From contig OZ076409.1 in the NCBI GenBank assembly GCA_964187785.1, positions 70,868,001 to 70,932,000 of the forward strand: a stretch of 64,000 nucleotides of DNA. Reading direction: 5' to 3'. This document shows, in pieces, positions 1 to 12,700 of this stretch (its first letter is position 1; every line of letters starts with the position of its first letter). Source of the DNA: Amphiscolops sp. MND2022. Its lineage: Eukaryota. The notes under the pieces are model-generated. The model did no database searches and was not told the DNA's origin. It saw only the letters and a program-made list of their open reading frames with translations. Made by a program: the position numbers and the translations under genes.

Positions 1-3000
1 CTTCAGGGTGATTTTCATTTCAATCGTATTTCCTGACGTTGACTTTTATGTGACGCAATTAGGTGACAAATTGGGTGAAAAAACGCAATTTTGGTACTAT
101 AGGGCTCATAACTCGTTACAGAGTCAGTTTAGCAAGTTCATTTATATTTACGTTTTTGTTGTCTATCTATAAACAAACAATTAGGCAGAGACAAAATTTT
201 CTGTGAAACATCGTGAAAAAAAGATATCACAGGTGTAAAAAACGCAAAAAATGTACTTTTTCGGATTTCGTGGAAAAAATTCAAAAAAGTCACATCTACC
301 GGCTGTTTCAGGTAGCGGGGTTTTTATTGCAGTTAATAGCTTACCTTTAGCAGTCATTTACTTGGATGGTTTTTGATTTTGATGAATTGCATGAAAACTT
401 TCATTTTTTGCCTCACCAATATTGACACCCACGACTACAGTCGATTTTTCGAAATCACGTATTTAACTGGATATAACGTTTTTCCTGTGCGTTTTACGGT
501 CCTCACACAGGGGTGCAAAATTGTTCCCCGTCTTAAACAGAGGGCATATGGTGAGTTTAGAGTAATTTGAAACGTTTTTGAAATGTCCAGAGATGAACAA
601 ATTTACGGTTTTTTTGCCCACAAAACACTATTTTACGAAACCCAACACGTTTTGCCAAAAAAGACAAACTTCGTCCACACAACTTAGATTGCAAGTGGAT
701 GCATGCGAAGAGCACTTGAAATGACGAGAAAAATGAGCTATAGAACGTTCCTTTACGACCACCTGACGTGGACTTAAGATAATTTGAAAAATCACAAAAA
801 AGAACAACGGTTCCAAAACAATCAGTTTGTAGTAAATGGCCAAAAACTCCATACACAACCCTCCGCGCAAGATAGTGTACGAGTACGTTTTTATAACCAG
901 TGAGCAGTGCAACAAATAAGCAAAAGTAAAACTTTATGTAGAAAATCGTCGGGAAAAGAAAAACGGGATTTTATATCACATTTAGGTGACAAAATTCAAA
1001 AATCAGTCTATCCATGGCATTTTCCTTAATATTTTTCGACAATACACCCACACTGGGTAAAATCTGCCTAAAATTGTGCCTACTAATACTATTTGATCAT
1101 TTGGCCGCAAATTGAGCGTTCTAGTTTCCCCAGTCAAAAATTATGGGACTTCGAAATTTTTCAAAATTTTCATTTTTCAACAAAATTTCAACTTCAGGCC
1201 TCCCAAAGGTAAGAAAAACCCACACAACTAGGATTGCAAGTGGATGCATGTGGAAAGTACTTGAATAGACGAGATTAATGGGCTTTAGAACGTCTCTCTA
1301 TCGTATTTTGACGTTGACTTATGATGTTTTGAATGTGAGTTTGCTAAGGGGTCGAGAAGTCAAAGTGTAAAAGTGGAACATATGTCTCGTCGAAAACTCA
1401 TCGGTATACATGCAATGAACCCCAATCACCCTCAATTACAGATGACTAGTGCAACAACGTCTGTCAAGGACATTTTTTGATAAGTGTCGAAATCACTACT
1501 AAATTCAGTTAGTAAGAAACTCTTGGGTACATTCTCATCTCTCCCCATCGGGGGAGATGAGAATGTACTTGCTAAAACGGTATCTTTTGTTTTCATGCGA
1601 GACATTATGTGCTTCGGCACATAGAAAACTTTGTGTTGTCTGACTTTTCGTATATACGTTAATTTTTCATGAATTTTCTCGTCATTACGTAACAAAAACT
1701 TTCTACCATTCACCTTTAACTTTAGATTCCTAATAATAAATTTAGACTCCTGTCGTCGAAAAACATACTGAGGCATGTTTTTCGACGACGTATGCCGAAA
1801 CATAAATGCGAACAAAAGTGCTGAATTTCAGAATCAGTGACAAACAATTTTGACTATTTGACATATGGTAGCTTTTTATATGGATCTTACACATCACTGA
1901 TATTTCACAACATTCCAGCTGACGCCCACAATCCAACATCAACGCCCATCGTCTGTGGGCATGCCGAGGCATGCCCTTCGACGACGTATGGCTAATACCT
2001 TCAACGACGCCCCCACCTTCCCCCGTCTAGGTGGTCGGGGTTATTTCCCAGCCAATTTTGCCGCGCGGGGAGGGACCCGTTCAGCGGCCCAGGTCATTAT
2101 TTTTTTACATTAAAAAAAACGATACCCCGGAAAGCGATTTCGAAACCCACCCGTAGGATCCCTCTGAATTTTTGCATACACCTCCGTATAACAGTTCTAA
2201 GAAAAAGTCAGCAAGGGCGTTTTCAGTTCTAAACGGGGAATGTTGACCAAAAAGCGCAATTTATGTCCAAAAAAATGCAATTTTTCGACTTTTTTATTTT
2301 TGACGGCCAACAGCTCTTTTCCAGATGCCCGCCCAAGTCATAAACCGGAGAAAAGTTTTGTTGGGCACTTCGTGAAGAATCCTTAGGGTGATTTTCGTTT
2401 CAATCCTATTTCCTGACGTTGACTTATGGTTGGGTGAAAAAACGCAACATTTGTTACAAAAAGTGCTTTTGGTACTCAAGGGCCCATAACTCGTGACATA
2501 ATCAATTGAGCAAGTTCGTTTATAATTACGATTTTGTTGCCTATTGATAGGAGAACAAACAAGCAAGAACAAAATTTTCTGTGGGAAGACGTCAAAAAAA
2601 GATATCAAAGGTTTTATACTCAATAAAATGGTGTTTTTCGATTATCGTGGAAAAAATGTAAAAGGGTGGCATTTTTCGGCTGTTCAAGGTAGCGGGTATT
2701 TCATTGCAGTTAATAACTCACCTCTAGTAGTCATTTACTTGGATGATTTTCAATGTTGATAAATTGCATGATAAACTTCATTTTTTGCGTCACCAATATT
2801 GACACCCACGATTTCAGTCAATTTTTTCGCGTTCACGTTTTTGAGTGGATATAACTTTTTTCCAGTGCGTTTTACGGTCATCATCCAGGAGCACAAAATT
2901 GTTGGCCGTCTTAAGCAGAAAATATATGGTAAGTTTAGAGTCATTTGAAACGTTTTTGAAATGTCCAGAGATGCACACATTTACAGTTTTTTTGCCCACA

Positions 3001-6000
3001 AAACACTATTTTACGAAACCCAACACTTTTTGCCAAAAAAGTCAAACTTTGTCCACACAACTTAGATTGCAAGTGAATGCATGCGGAGAGTACTTGAAAT
3101 GATGGGAAAAATGAGCTATAGAACGCTCATTTACGACAACCTGACGTGGACTTAGGATAATTTGAAAAAGTACGAAAAAAAAGAACAACGGTTCCAAAAC
3201 AATCAGTTTGTAGTAAATGGCCAATAACTCCATACACAACCCTCCGCGCAAGCTAGTGTCCAAGTACGTTTTTGTTACCCGTGAACAGTGCAACAAATAA
3301 GTAAAAGTAAAACTTTATGTAGAGAATCGTCGGAGAAAGAAATAACGGGATTTTTTATCACATTTAAGAGACAAAATTGAAAAATTAGTCTATTCCTGGC
3401 ATTTTACCTAAACTTTTTCGACAGTACACATACAGGAGGTAAAATTCGTCCAATATCATGCCTAACAAAACTATTTGATCCATTGGCCGCAATTTGAGCG
3501 TTCCAATTTTCCCCAGTCATAAATTATGGGACTTCGAAAATTTTCAAAAGTTCCATTTTTCAACAAAATTTCAAATTCAGGCCTCCCAAAGGTAAGAAAG
3601 TTCCACACAACTAGGATTGCAAGTGGTTGCATGTGGAAAGTGCTCGAACCGACAAGAAAAATGGGCTTTAGAACGTCTCTCTATCGTAACCTGACGTTGA
3701 CTTATGATGTTTTGAATGTGATACTGCTACGTGCTCGAGAAGTGTAAGTGGAACATATGTCTCGTTGAATACTCATCGGAATACATTCAATGAACCCAAT
3801 CACCCTAAATTGCAGTTTCCTAGTGCAACAACGTCTGTCAAGGACCTTTTTTGATAAGAGTCGAAATTATTATTAAATTCAGTTAGCAAGAAACACTTGA
3901 GTACATTCTCATCTCTCCCCATCGGGGGAGATGAGAATGTACTTGCTAAAACGGCTTCTTTGTTTTCATGCGATGGATTCTGTGCCTTGCCACACATATA
4001 ACTTTGTTTTGTGTGACCTTGCGTATATACTTTGACTTGTCATAATAAATTTCTTCTCGTAAATTTACGTAAATCAACAATGCATCTACAATGCACCTTC
4101 AACGTCAAAGCCAAATAAATATAGCTGGCCACCGTCCGTAGGCAGAGCAAGGCATGCTTTTTGACGACGTATGCCGAAACACAAACGCGAACAAAACTGC
4201 TGAAAATCAGAAACAGTGACCAACAATTTTGACTGTTTGACATATGGTAGGTTTTTATATGGAACTTACTGATATTTCACAACATTTCAGCTGACGCCCA
4301 CCTACCACTATCAACGCGCACCGTCAGTGGGCATGCCGAGGCATGCCCTTCGACGACGTATGGCTAATACCTTCAGCGACGCCCCCGCGCTCCCCCGTCT
4401 AGGTGGTCGGGGTGATTCCCAGCCGTTTTGGCCGCGCGGGGAGGGACCCGTTCAGCGGCCCAGGTAATTCTAAAATGTACATTCAAAAATGACCCATGTT
4501 AAAAGCGATTTCGAAACCCACCCGTAGGATCCCTCTGATTTTTTGCATACACCTCCGTATAACAGTTGTAAGAAAAAGTCAGCAAGGGCGTTTTCAATTC
4601 TAAATGGGGAATGTTGACCAAAAAGCGCAATTTATGTCCAAAAAAATGCAATTTTTCGACTTTTTTATCTTTGACGGCCAACAGCTCTTTTCCAGATGCC
4701 CGCCCAAGTCATAAACCGGAGTAAACTTTTGTTGGGCACTTCGTGAAGAATCATTAGGGTGATTTTCGTTTCAATCGTATTTCCTGACGTTGACTTTTAT
4801 GTGACGCAATTAGGTGACAATTTCGGTAAAAAAACGCAATTTTGGTACTCAAGGGCTCATAACTCGTTAGAGAGTCAATTTAGCAACTTCATTTGTATTT
4901 ACGTTTTTGTTGCCTGTCTATAGGCAAACAATTAAGCAGAGACAAAATTTTCTGTGAATCATCGTCAAAAAAAGATATCACAGGTGTAAAAAACGCAAAA
5001 AATGTACTTTTTTGGATTTTGTGAAAAAAATATAAAAAGGTGGCATCTACCGGCTGTTTCAGGTAGCGGGTACTTTTTTGCAGTTAATAGCTCACCTTTA
5101 GTAGTCATTTACTTGGATGGTTTTTGATTTTGATAAATTGCATGAAAACATTCATTTTTTGCCTCATCAATTTTGACACCCACGATTGCAGTCGATTTTT
5201 CGAAATCACGTGTTTAACTGGATATACCTTTTTTCCAGTGCGTTTTACGGTCCTCACACAGAAGTGCAAAAATGTCGCCCGTCTTAAACAGAAGGCATAT
5301 GGTGAGTTTAGAGTATTTTGAAACGTTTTTGACATGTCCAGAGATGCACAAATTTACCGTTTTTTTGCCCTAAAAACACTATTTTACGAAACCCAACACT
5401 TTTTGCCAAAAAAGTCAAACTTTGTCCACACAACTTAGATTGCAAGTGGATGCATGCGAAGAGTACTTGAAATGACGAGAAAAATGAGCTACAGAACACT
5501 CATTTACGACAACTTGACGTGGACTTAGGATATTTTGAAAATCACAAAAAAAGAACAACGACTCCAAAACAATCAGTTTGTAGTAAATGGCCAATAACTC
5601 CATACACAACCCTCCGAGCAAGATAGTGTGCCAGTACGTTTTTCTTACCTGTGAGCAGTGCAACAAATAAGCAGAAGTAAAACTTTATGTAGAAAATCGT
5701 CGGGGAAAGAAATAACGGGATTTTATATCACATTCAAGTGACAAAATTCAAAAATTAGTCTATCCGTGGCATTTTCCCGATTATTTTTCGACAATACACA
5801 CACATGGGGTAAAATCTGCCTAAAATGGTGCCTATTAATACTATTTGATCCTTTGGCCACAAGTTGAGCGTTCTAGTTTTCCCAGTCAAAAATTATGGGA
5901 CTTCGAAAAATTTCAAAATTTTCATTTTTCAACAAAATTTTAACTTCAGGCCTCCCAAAGTTAAGAAAGTTCCACACAACTAGGATTGCAAGTGTATGCA

Positions 6001-6780
6001 TGTGGAAAGTACTTGAATAGACGAGAAAAATGGGCTATAGAACGTCTCTCTATCGTAAGCTGACGTTGACTTATGACGTTTTGAATGTGAGTTTGCTAAG
6101 GTGTGGAGAAGTTAAAGTGTGTAAGTGGAACATATGTCTCGTCAAAAACTCATCGGAATACATGCAATGAACCCCCATTACCGTCAATTGCAGTTACCTA
6201 GTGCAACAACGTCTTTCGAGGACCTTTTTCGATAAGTGTCGAAAACATTATTAAATTCAGTTAGCAAGAAACACTTGAGTACATTCTCATCTCTCCCCAT
6301 CGGGGGAGATGAGAATGTACTTGCTAAAACGGCCTCCTTTGTTTTCATGCGAGACATTATATGCTGTGGCACATAGATAACTTTGCTTTGTCTGACTTTC
6401 TGATAAACGCTGATTTGTCCTTAGTTTTACCGTCATTACTTTACGTAACATAAAATTTCTACCATTCACCTTTTACTTCAAAGCCACATCATTTTAGACT
6501 CCCACCGTTGAAAAACATACAGAGGCATGTTTTTCGACAACGTATGCCAAAACACAAACGCGAACAAAAGTGCTGAGTCTCAAAAACAGTGACAAACAAT
6601 TTTGACTAATTGACATATGGCATTTTTTTATATGGAACTTACACATCACTGATATTTAACAACAATCCAGCTGACGAACACATACCAATATCACCGCCCA
6701 CCGTCCGTAGGCATGCCGAGGCATGCCTTTCGACGACGTATGCCTAATCCATTCCTCCGACGCCCCCACTCCGCCCCTAG
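1..6780 (+). mobile_element. Family A units x3 (1-2030 partial, 2031-4402 = 2372 bp, 4403-6780 = 2378 bp)
   Basis: Mutually alignable, visibly diverged copies. Head GTGGTCGGGG; GAGTAC-type hairpin at 1527-1568, 3900-3943 and 6278-6321; internal duplication with ~545-bp offset; vestigial second terminal module ~195 bp upstream of the intact one. Confidence 0.7.
1957..1976. promoter_or_regulatory. Conserved 20-bp palindrome GGGCATGCCGAGGCATGCCC (first of 37 copies); hairpin and/or p53-family response element
   Basis: Present 39-55 nt upstream of every junction (e.g. 4329, 7986, 14410, 22768, 29999, 40041, 51241, 63116). 34 copies look identical; variants at 6709, 57160 and 32076. It has 9-bp arms and matches RRRCWWGYYY-RRRCWWGYYY at 19/20. 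Function is inferred. Confidence 0.55.
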
Positions 6781-9700
6781 GTGCCGGGATTTTCTATTCG
6801 ACAAGTTTGCGCGCCTTGGGGAGGGTCCCTTTGCGCGCTTTAAGATCCAGGTGTTTCCAACTCCTAAACGGGCATGTGATTTCGACGATCTCCTAAACTA
6901 GCCATACGATTTGGCTGAAATTTGGCACACGTACCCCCCTCGGCACGGTGAAGATGATTCCCTACTGACGTTTTTCCCGCTAAACATTTTTTGTTGACCA
7001 AAATAACGGTTTTTGGGGTAAAATTTTCAACTTTTTTTAAATTTCATCTTATATCTCGCCACGGGTACACGCTAGCGCTTCCAAACCTTGCTGACGAAAG
7101 TTTGCAAACTGTCTCAGGAATGCTGTGTGAAATTTACAGCTCAATCGGACTTAAACTCGAGGAGATATAGCGTTTTTCCGGAGCGGGGGGGTTTCATTTT
7201 TCTAACGGTCCAGCTTATCTTTGCCATTTTTTCGAAAATGCACTCGCCTAAAGGCCTCCCCTGGCCGGTTTTATTCCCAACAAAACCATTTGGCCCTAAA
7301 TACGGAGTTTCAGCGTTCCAGCATTTCCGGGCGAAAAGTTGTGGGACTTAGGAAATTTCAAAAATTTTCAAAAATTTTTTTTTTCGTTATTTGGCCCCCC
7401 AAAGTGGGGGAAAAGACCCCCCAACCAGTAATGCAAGTGAATGCATGTGCAAAGCCCTTGTTTGGACGAGAAAAATGCCGTTTAGAACGTCTTTTTATCT
7501 TGGCTCAACGTTGACTTTTGTCGTTTTGAAGGTGACCGTTAGATACGGAAAATTGATGTTTTGAGGTTTTATCCCACCTGAAAGCCATTGAGATACAACA
7601 TGTTTTGCTCAAAACGTGTTTCATTGCTGTTTCGCTGTCCATTAACACCCTTTGGTGTCTTTTGATGTAATTTTTTTTTCTATAATAACAATTTTTTTGT
7701 GTATTCATTCATTTTTTTCTCATCAAATAACTTGAAACAGTTGAGTACATTCCATCTCCCTTCCCGGGGGAGATGAGAATGTACTCGCTAAAGGTCAGGA
7801 ACTACGGCCTATATCTTCCACAAAACAAAAGGGATTGCAAATGGTTTCAGTTTGTCGCAGAAAACTTCTTTTTGCCCTCTGTGACTCGACAAAGTGAACG
7901 TTTCTTACTTACTTTGAAACTCAGCATACCACAACTCATCTCTAACGTCAGCGCCCCCCTACTTGCATCAACGCCCACCGTCCGTGGGCATGCCGAGGCA
8001 TGCCCTTCGACGACGTATACCGAAATATGCGTTAGCGCGGTAGCAGCTAGGTGCCGGGATTTCCATTCGATAAAGTATGTTGCGCGTGTGGGTAGGGTCC
8101 CTGGCGCGCTCCTGTGTTTTCGGTTTTCCTACTCCAAATTCACACCCCAGTTATCTCCGATCTCGTAAACTATCCATACGATTTGGCTGAAATTTGGCAC
8201 ACGTACCCCCCTCGGCACGGTGAAGATGATTCCCTACTGACGTTTTGCCCGCTAAACATTTTTTGTTGACCAAAATAACGGTTTTTGGTGGAAAATTTTC
8301 AACTTTTTTTAAATTTCATCTTATATCTCGCCCCAGGTTTACGCTAGCGCTTCAAAACCTTGCTGACGAAAGTTTGCAAACTGTCTCAGGAATGCGGTGT
8401 GAAATTTTCAGCTCAATCGGACTTAAACTCGAGGAGATATAGCGTTTTTCCGGAGCGGGGGGGTTTCATTTTTCTAACGGTCCAGCGTATCTTTGCCATT
8501 TTTTCGAAAATGCACTCGCCTAAAGGCCTCCCCTGGCCGGTTTTACTCCCAAAAAAACCATTTGGCCCTAAATACGGGGTTTCAGCGTTCTAGCATTTCC
8601 GGGCGAAAAGTTGTGGGACTTAGAAAATTTCAAAAAGTTTCAAAAAATTTTTTTCCGTTATTTGGGCCCCCAATGTGGGGGAAAGGACCCCCCAACCAGT
8701 ATTTTGAGTGAATGCATGTGCAAAGCGCTTGTTTAGAGGAGAAAAATGTCGTTTAGAACGTCTTTTTATCTTTACTCAACGTTGACTTATGACGTTTTGA
8801 AGGTGATGTAAAGAGGTGTGAAGCACGTGAAAAGTAAACGTTATGAGTATTTATTTGATCTGAAAGCCATTCAGATGCAATCTGATTTGCCCAAAACGTA
8901 ATTCATTTCAGTTTGGCAGTCAATCAACACCCTTTGTTGTCGTTTTACATATTTTTTTGTTGATATAATAAAAAATTTTGTGTATTTATTTATTTTTTTC
9001 TCATCAAATAACTTGAAACAGTTGAGTACATTCCATCTCCCTTCCCGGGGGAGATGAGAATGTACTCGCAAAAAGCCCCGAACTATGGCCCTTACCTTCC
9101 CGAGCTACGCAGTATAAAGATTGCATATTGGTTTCGACATTTTGATAGAGTTATATCTTGGTAATCTGTCTGGATATGCAGAAAAATCAGCACGTGCCTT
9201 TTTATACCAAGTTGCTCACAACGACAATTATTTTATATCAACGCCCCCATATTTATCAACGCCCCCCGTCCGTGGGCATGCCGAGGCATGCCCTTCGACG
9301 ACCCGCACCAAAATATACTCCCAAGCGCGGTAGCGGCTAGGTGCCGGTGTCTTTTTACACAATGGGGGAAGTTGCGCGGTTGGGGAGGGTCCCTGACGCG
9401 CTTCCGTGAGATCAGGATTTTCAACTAGTGAAATCGACAAAGAAAATTGAGATCTCGTAAACTAGCCATACGATTTGGCTGAAATTTGGCACACGTACCC
9501 CCCTCGGCACGGTGAAGATGATTTCCTACTGACGTTTTTCCCGCTAAACATTTTTTGTTGACCAAAATAACGGTTTTTGGGGTAAAATTTTCAACTTTTT
9601 TAAAATTTCATCTTATATCTCGCCACGGGTGCACGCTAGCGCTTCCGAACCTTGCTGACGAAAGTTTGCAAACTGTCTCAGGAATGCTGTGTGAAAATTT

Positions 9701-12700
9701 CAGCTCAATCGGACTTAAACTCGAGGAGATATAGCGTTTTTCCGGAGCGGGGGGGTTTCATTTTTCTAACGGTCCAGCTTATCTTTGCCATTTTTTCGAA
9801 AATGCACTCGCCTAAAGGCCTCCCCTGGCCGGTTTTATTCCCAGCAAAACCATTTGGCCCTAAATACGGAGTTTCAGCGTTCCAGCATTCTCGGGCGAAA
9901 AGTTGTGGGACTTAGAAAATTTCAAAAATTTTCAAAAATTTTTTTTTTCGTTATTTGGGCCCCCAAAGTGGGGGAAAAGACCCCCCAACCAGTAAATCAA
10001 GTGAATGCATGTGGAAAGGCCATGTTTAGAGGAGAAAAATGCCGTTTAGAACGTCTTTTTATCTTGGCTCAACGTTGACTTATGACGTTTTGAAGGTGAT
10101 GTTTGGAGGTGTAAAGCAAGTGAATAGTAAACGTTATGAGTATTTATCTGATCTGAAAGCCATTGAGATGCAATATGATTGCTCAAAACGTAATTCATTG
10201 CAGTTTGGCAATCAATCAACACCCTTTGTTGTCGTTTGACATACTTTTTTGTTGTTAAAATAAAAAATTTTGTGTATTTATTCATTTTTTTCTCATCAAA
10301 TAACTTGGAACAGTTGAGTACATTCCATCCCCCCCTTCCGGGGGAGATGAGAATGTACTCGCAAAAAGCACCGAACTACGGCCCTTACCTTCCCGAGCTA
10401 CGCAGTATAAGGATTACATATTGGTTCCGACATTTTCATAGAGTTAAATCTTGGTAATCTGTCTGGATATGCAGAAAAACCAGCACGTGCTTTTTTATAC
10501 CAAGTTGCTCACAACGACATTTATTTTATATCAACGCCCCCATATTTATCAACGCCCCCCGTCCGTGGGCATGCCGAGGCATGCCCTTCGACGACGTATA
10601 CCAAGATATTTTCGAGCGCGTTAGCAGCTAGGTGCCGGGATTTCTATTCGTTCGAGTATGTGGCGCGTGTGGGTAGGGCCCCTGGCGCGCTCTTTTATTT
10701 CGGGTACACCTACTCCAAATTCACGATGTGATTTCGACGATCTCGTAAACTAGCCATACGATTTGGCTGAAATTTGGCACACGTACCCCCCTCGGCACGG
10801 TGAAGATGATTCCCTACTGACGTTTTGCCCGCTAAACATTTTTTGTTGACCAAAATAACGGTTTTTGGTGGAAAATTTTTGATTTTTTTTAAATTTCATC
10901 TTATATCTCGCCACGGGTTTACGCTAGCGCTTCAAAACCTTGCTGACGAAAGTTTGCAAACTGTCTAAGGAATGCTGTGTGAAATTTTCAGCTCAATCGG
11001 ACTTAAACTCGAGGAGATATAGCGTTTTTCCGGAGCGGGGGGGTTTCATTTTTCTAACGGTCCAGCTTATCTTTGCCATTTTTTCGAAAATGCACTCGCC
11101 TAAAGGCCTCCCCTGGCCGGTTTTATTCCCAGCAAAACCATTTGGCCCTAAATACGGAGTTTCAGCGTTCCAGCATTCCCGGGCGAAAAGTTGTGGGACT
11201 TAGAAAATTTCAAAAATTTTCAAAAATTTTTTTTCCGTTATTTGGGCCCCCAAAGTGGGGGAAAAGACCCCCCAACCAGTAAAGCAAGTGAATGCATGTG
11301 CAAAGCCCTTGTTTAGAGGAGAAAAATGCCGTTTAGAACGTCTTTTTATCTTGGCTCAACGTTGACTTATGACGTTTTGAAGGTGATGTTTGGAGGTGTA
11401 AATCACGTGAATAGTAAACGTTATGAGTATTTATCTGATCTGAAAGCCATTGAGATGCAATATGGTTTGCTCAAAACGTAATTCATGGCAGTTTGGCAAT
11501 CAATCAACACCCTTTGTTGTCGTTTGACATACTTTTTTGTTGTTATAATAGAAATTTTGTGTATTTGTTCATTTTTTTCTCATCAAATAACTTGAAACAG
11601 TTGAGTACATTCCATCCCCCCTTCCGGGGGAGATGAGAATGTACTCGCAAAAAGCAGCGAATTACGGCCCTTACCTTCCCGAGCTACGCAGTATAAGGAT
11701 TACATATTGGTTCCGACATTTTCATAGAGTTAAATCTTGGTAATCTGTCTGGATATGCAGAAAAATCAGCACGTGCCTTTTAATACCAAGTTGCTCACAA
11801 CGACAATTATTTTATATCAACGCCCCCATATTTATCAACGCCCCCCGTCCGTGGGCATGCCGAGGCATGCCCTTCGACGACGTATACCAAGATATACATC
11901 GAGCGCGTTAGCCTAGGTGCCGGGATTTCCATTCGATAAGGAATTCTGCGCGTGTGGGTAGGGCCCCTGGCGCGCTCCTGTGTTTTCGGTTTTCCTACTC
12001 CAAATTCACACCCCAGTTATCTCCGATCTCGTAAACTATCCATACGATTTGGCTGAAATTTGGCACACGTACCCCCCTCGGCACGGTGAAGATGATTTCC
12101 TACTGACGTTTTTCCCGCTAAACATTTTTTGTTGACCAAAATAACGGTTTTTGGGGTAAAATTTTCAACTTTTTTTAAATTTTATCTTATATCTCGCCAC
12201 GGGTACACGCTAGCGCTTCCAAACCTTGCTGCCGAAAGTTTGCAAACTGTCTCAGGAATGCTGTGTGAAATTTTCAGCTCAATCGGACTTAAACTCGAGG
12301 AGATATAGCGTTTTTCCGGAGCGGGGGGGTTTCATTTTTCTAACGGTCCAGCTTATCTTTGCCATTTTTTCGAAAATGCACTCGCCTAAAGGCCTCCCCT
12401 GGCCGGTTTTATTCCCAGCAAAACCATTTGGCCCTAAATACGGAGTTTCAGCGTTCCAGCATTCCCGGGCGAAAAGTTGTGGGACTTAGAAAATTTCAAA
12501 AATTTTCAAAAATATTTTTTCCGTTATTTGGGCCCCCAAAGTGGGGGAAAAGACCCCCCAACCAGTAAAGCAAGTGAATGCATGTGCAAAGCCCTTGTTT
12601 AGAGGAGAAAAATGCCGTTTAGAACGTCTTTTTATCTTGGCTCAACGTTGACTTATGACGTTTTGAAGGTGATGTTTGGAGGTGTAAATCACGTGAATAG

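Noticed and set aside
6780..6975. HDV-like ribozyme at the unit 5' end (GTGCCG...CGGCAC-GG resembles P1/P1.1)
   Set aside because: I could not build P2, P3/L3 or the catalytic J4/2 strand, and the pattern does not carry over to other families. A descriptor search would be needed to exclude it formally.
7092..7125. Hammerhead ribozyme/retrozyme (CTGACGA followed by a stem in family B)
   Set aside because: No GAAA after the stem, not conserved among B copies (CTAAAGA, CTGCCGA), and absent from other families.
8045..8053. Bracovirus-type AGCT circle junction
   Set aside because: AGCT is present at only some junctions (others read CGCTAG, GGCTAG, CCTAG, GTCTAG) and the units carry no genes.
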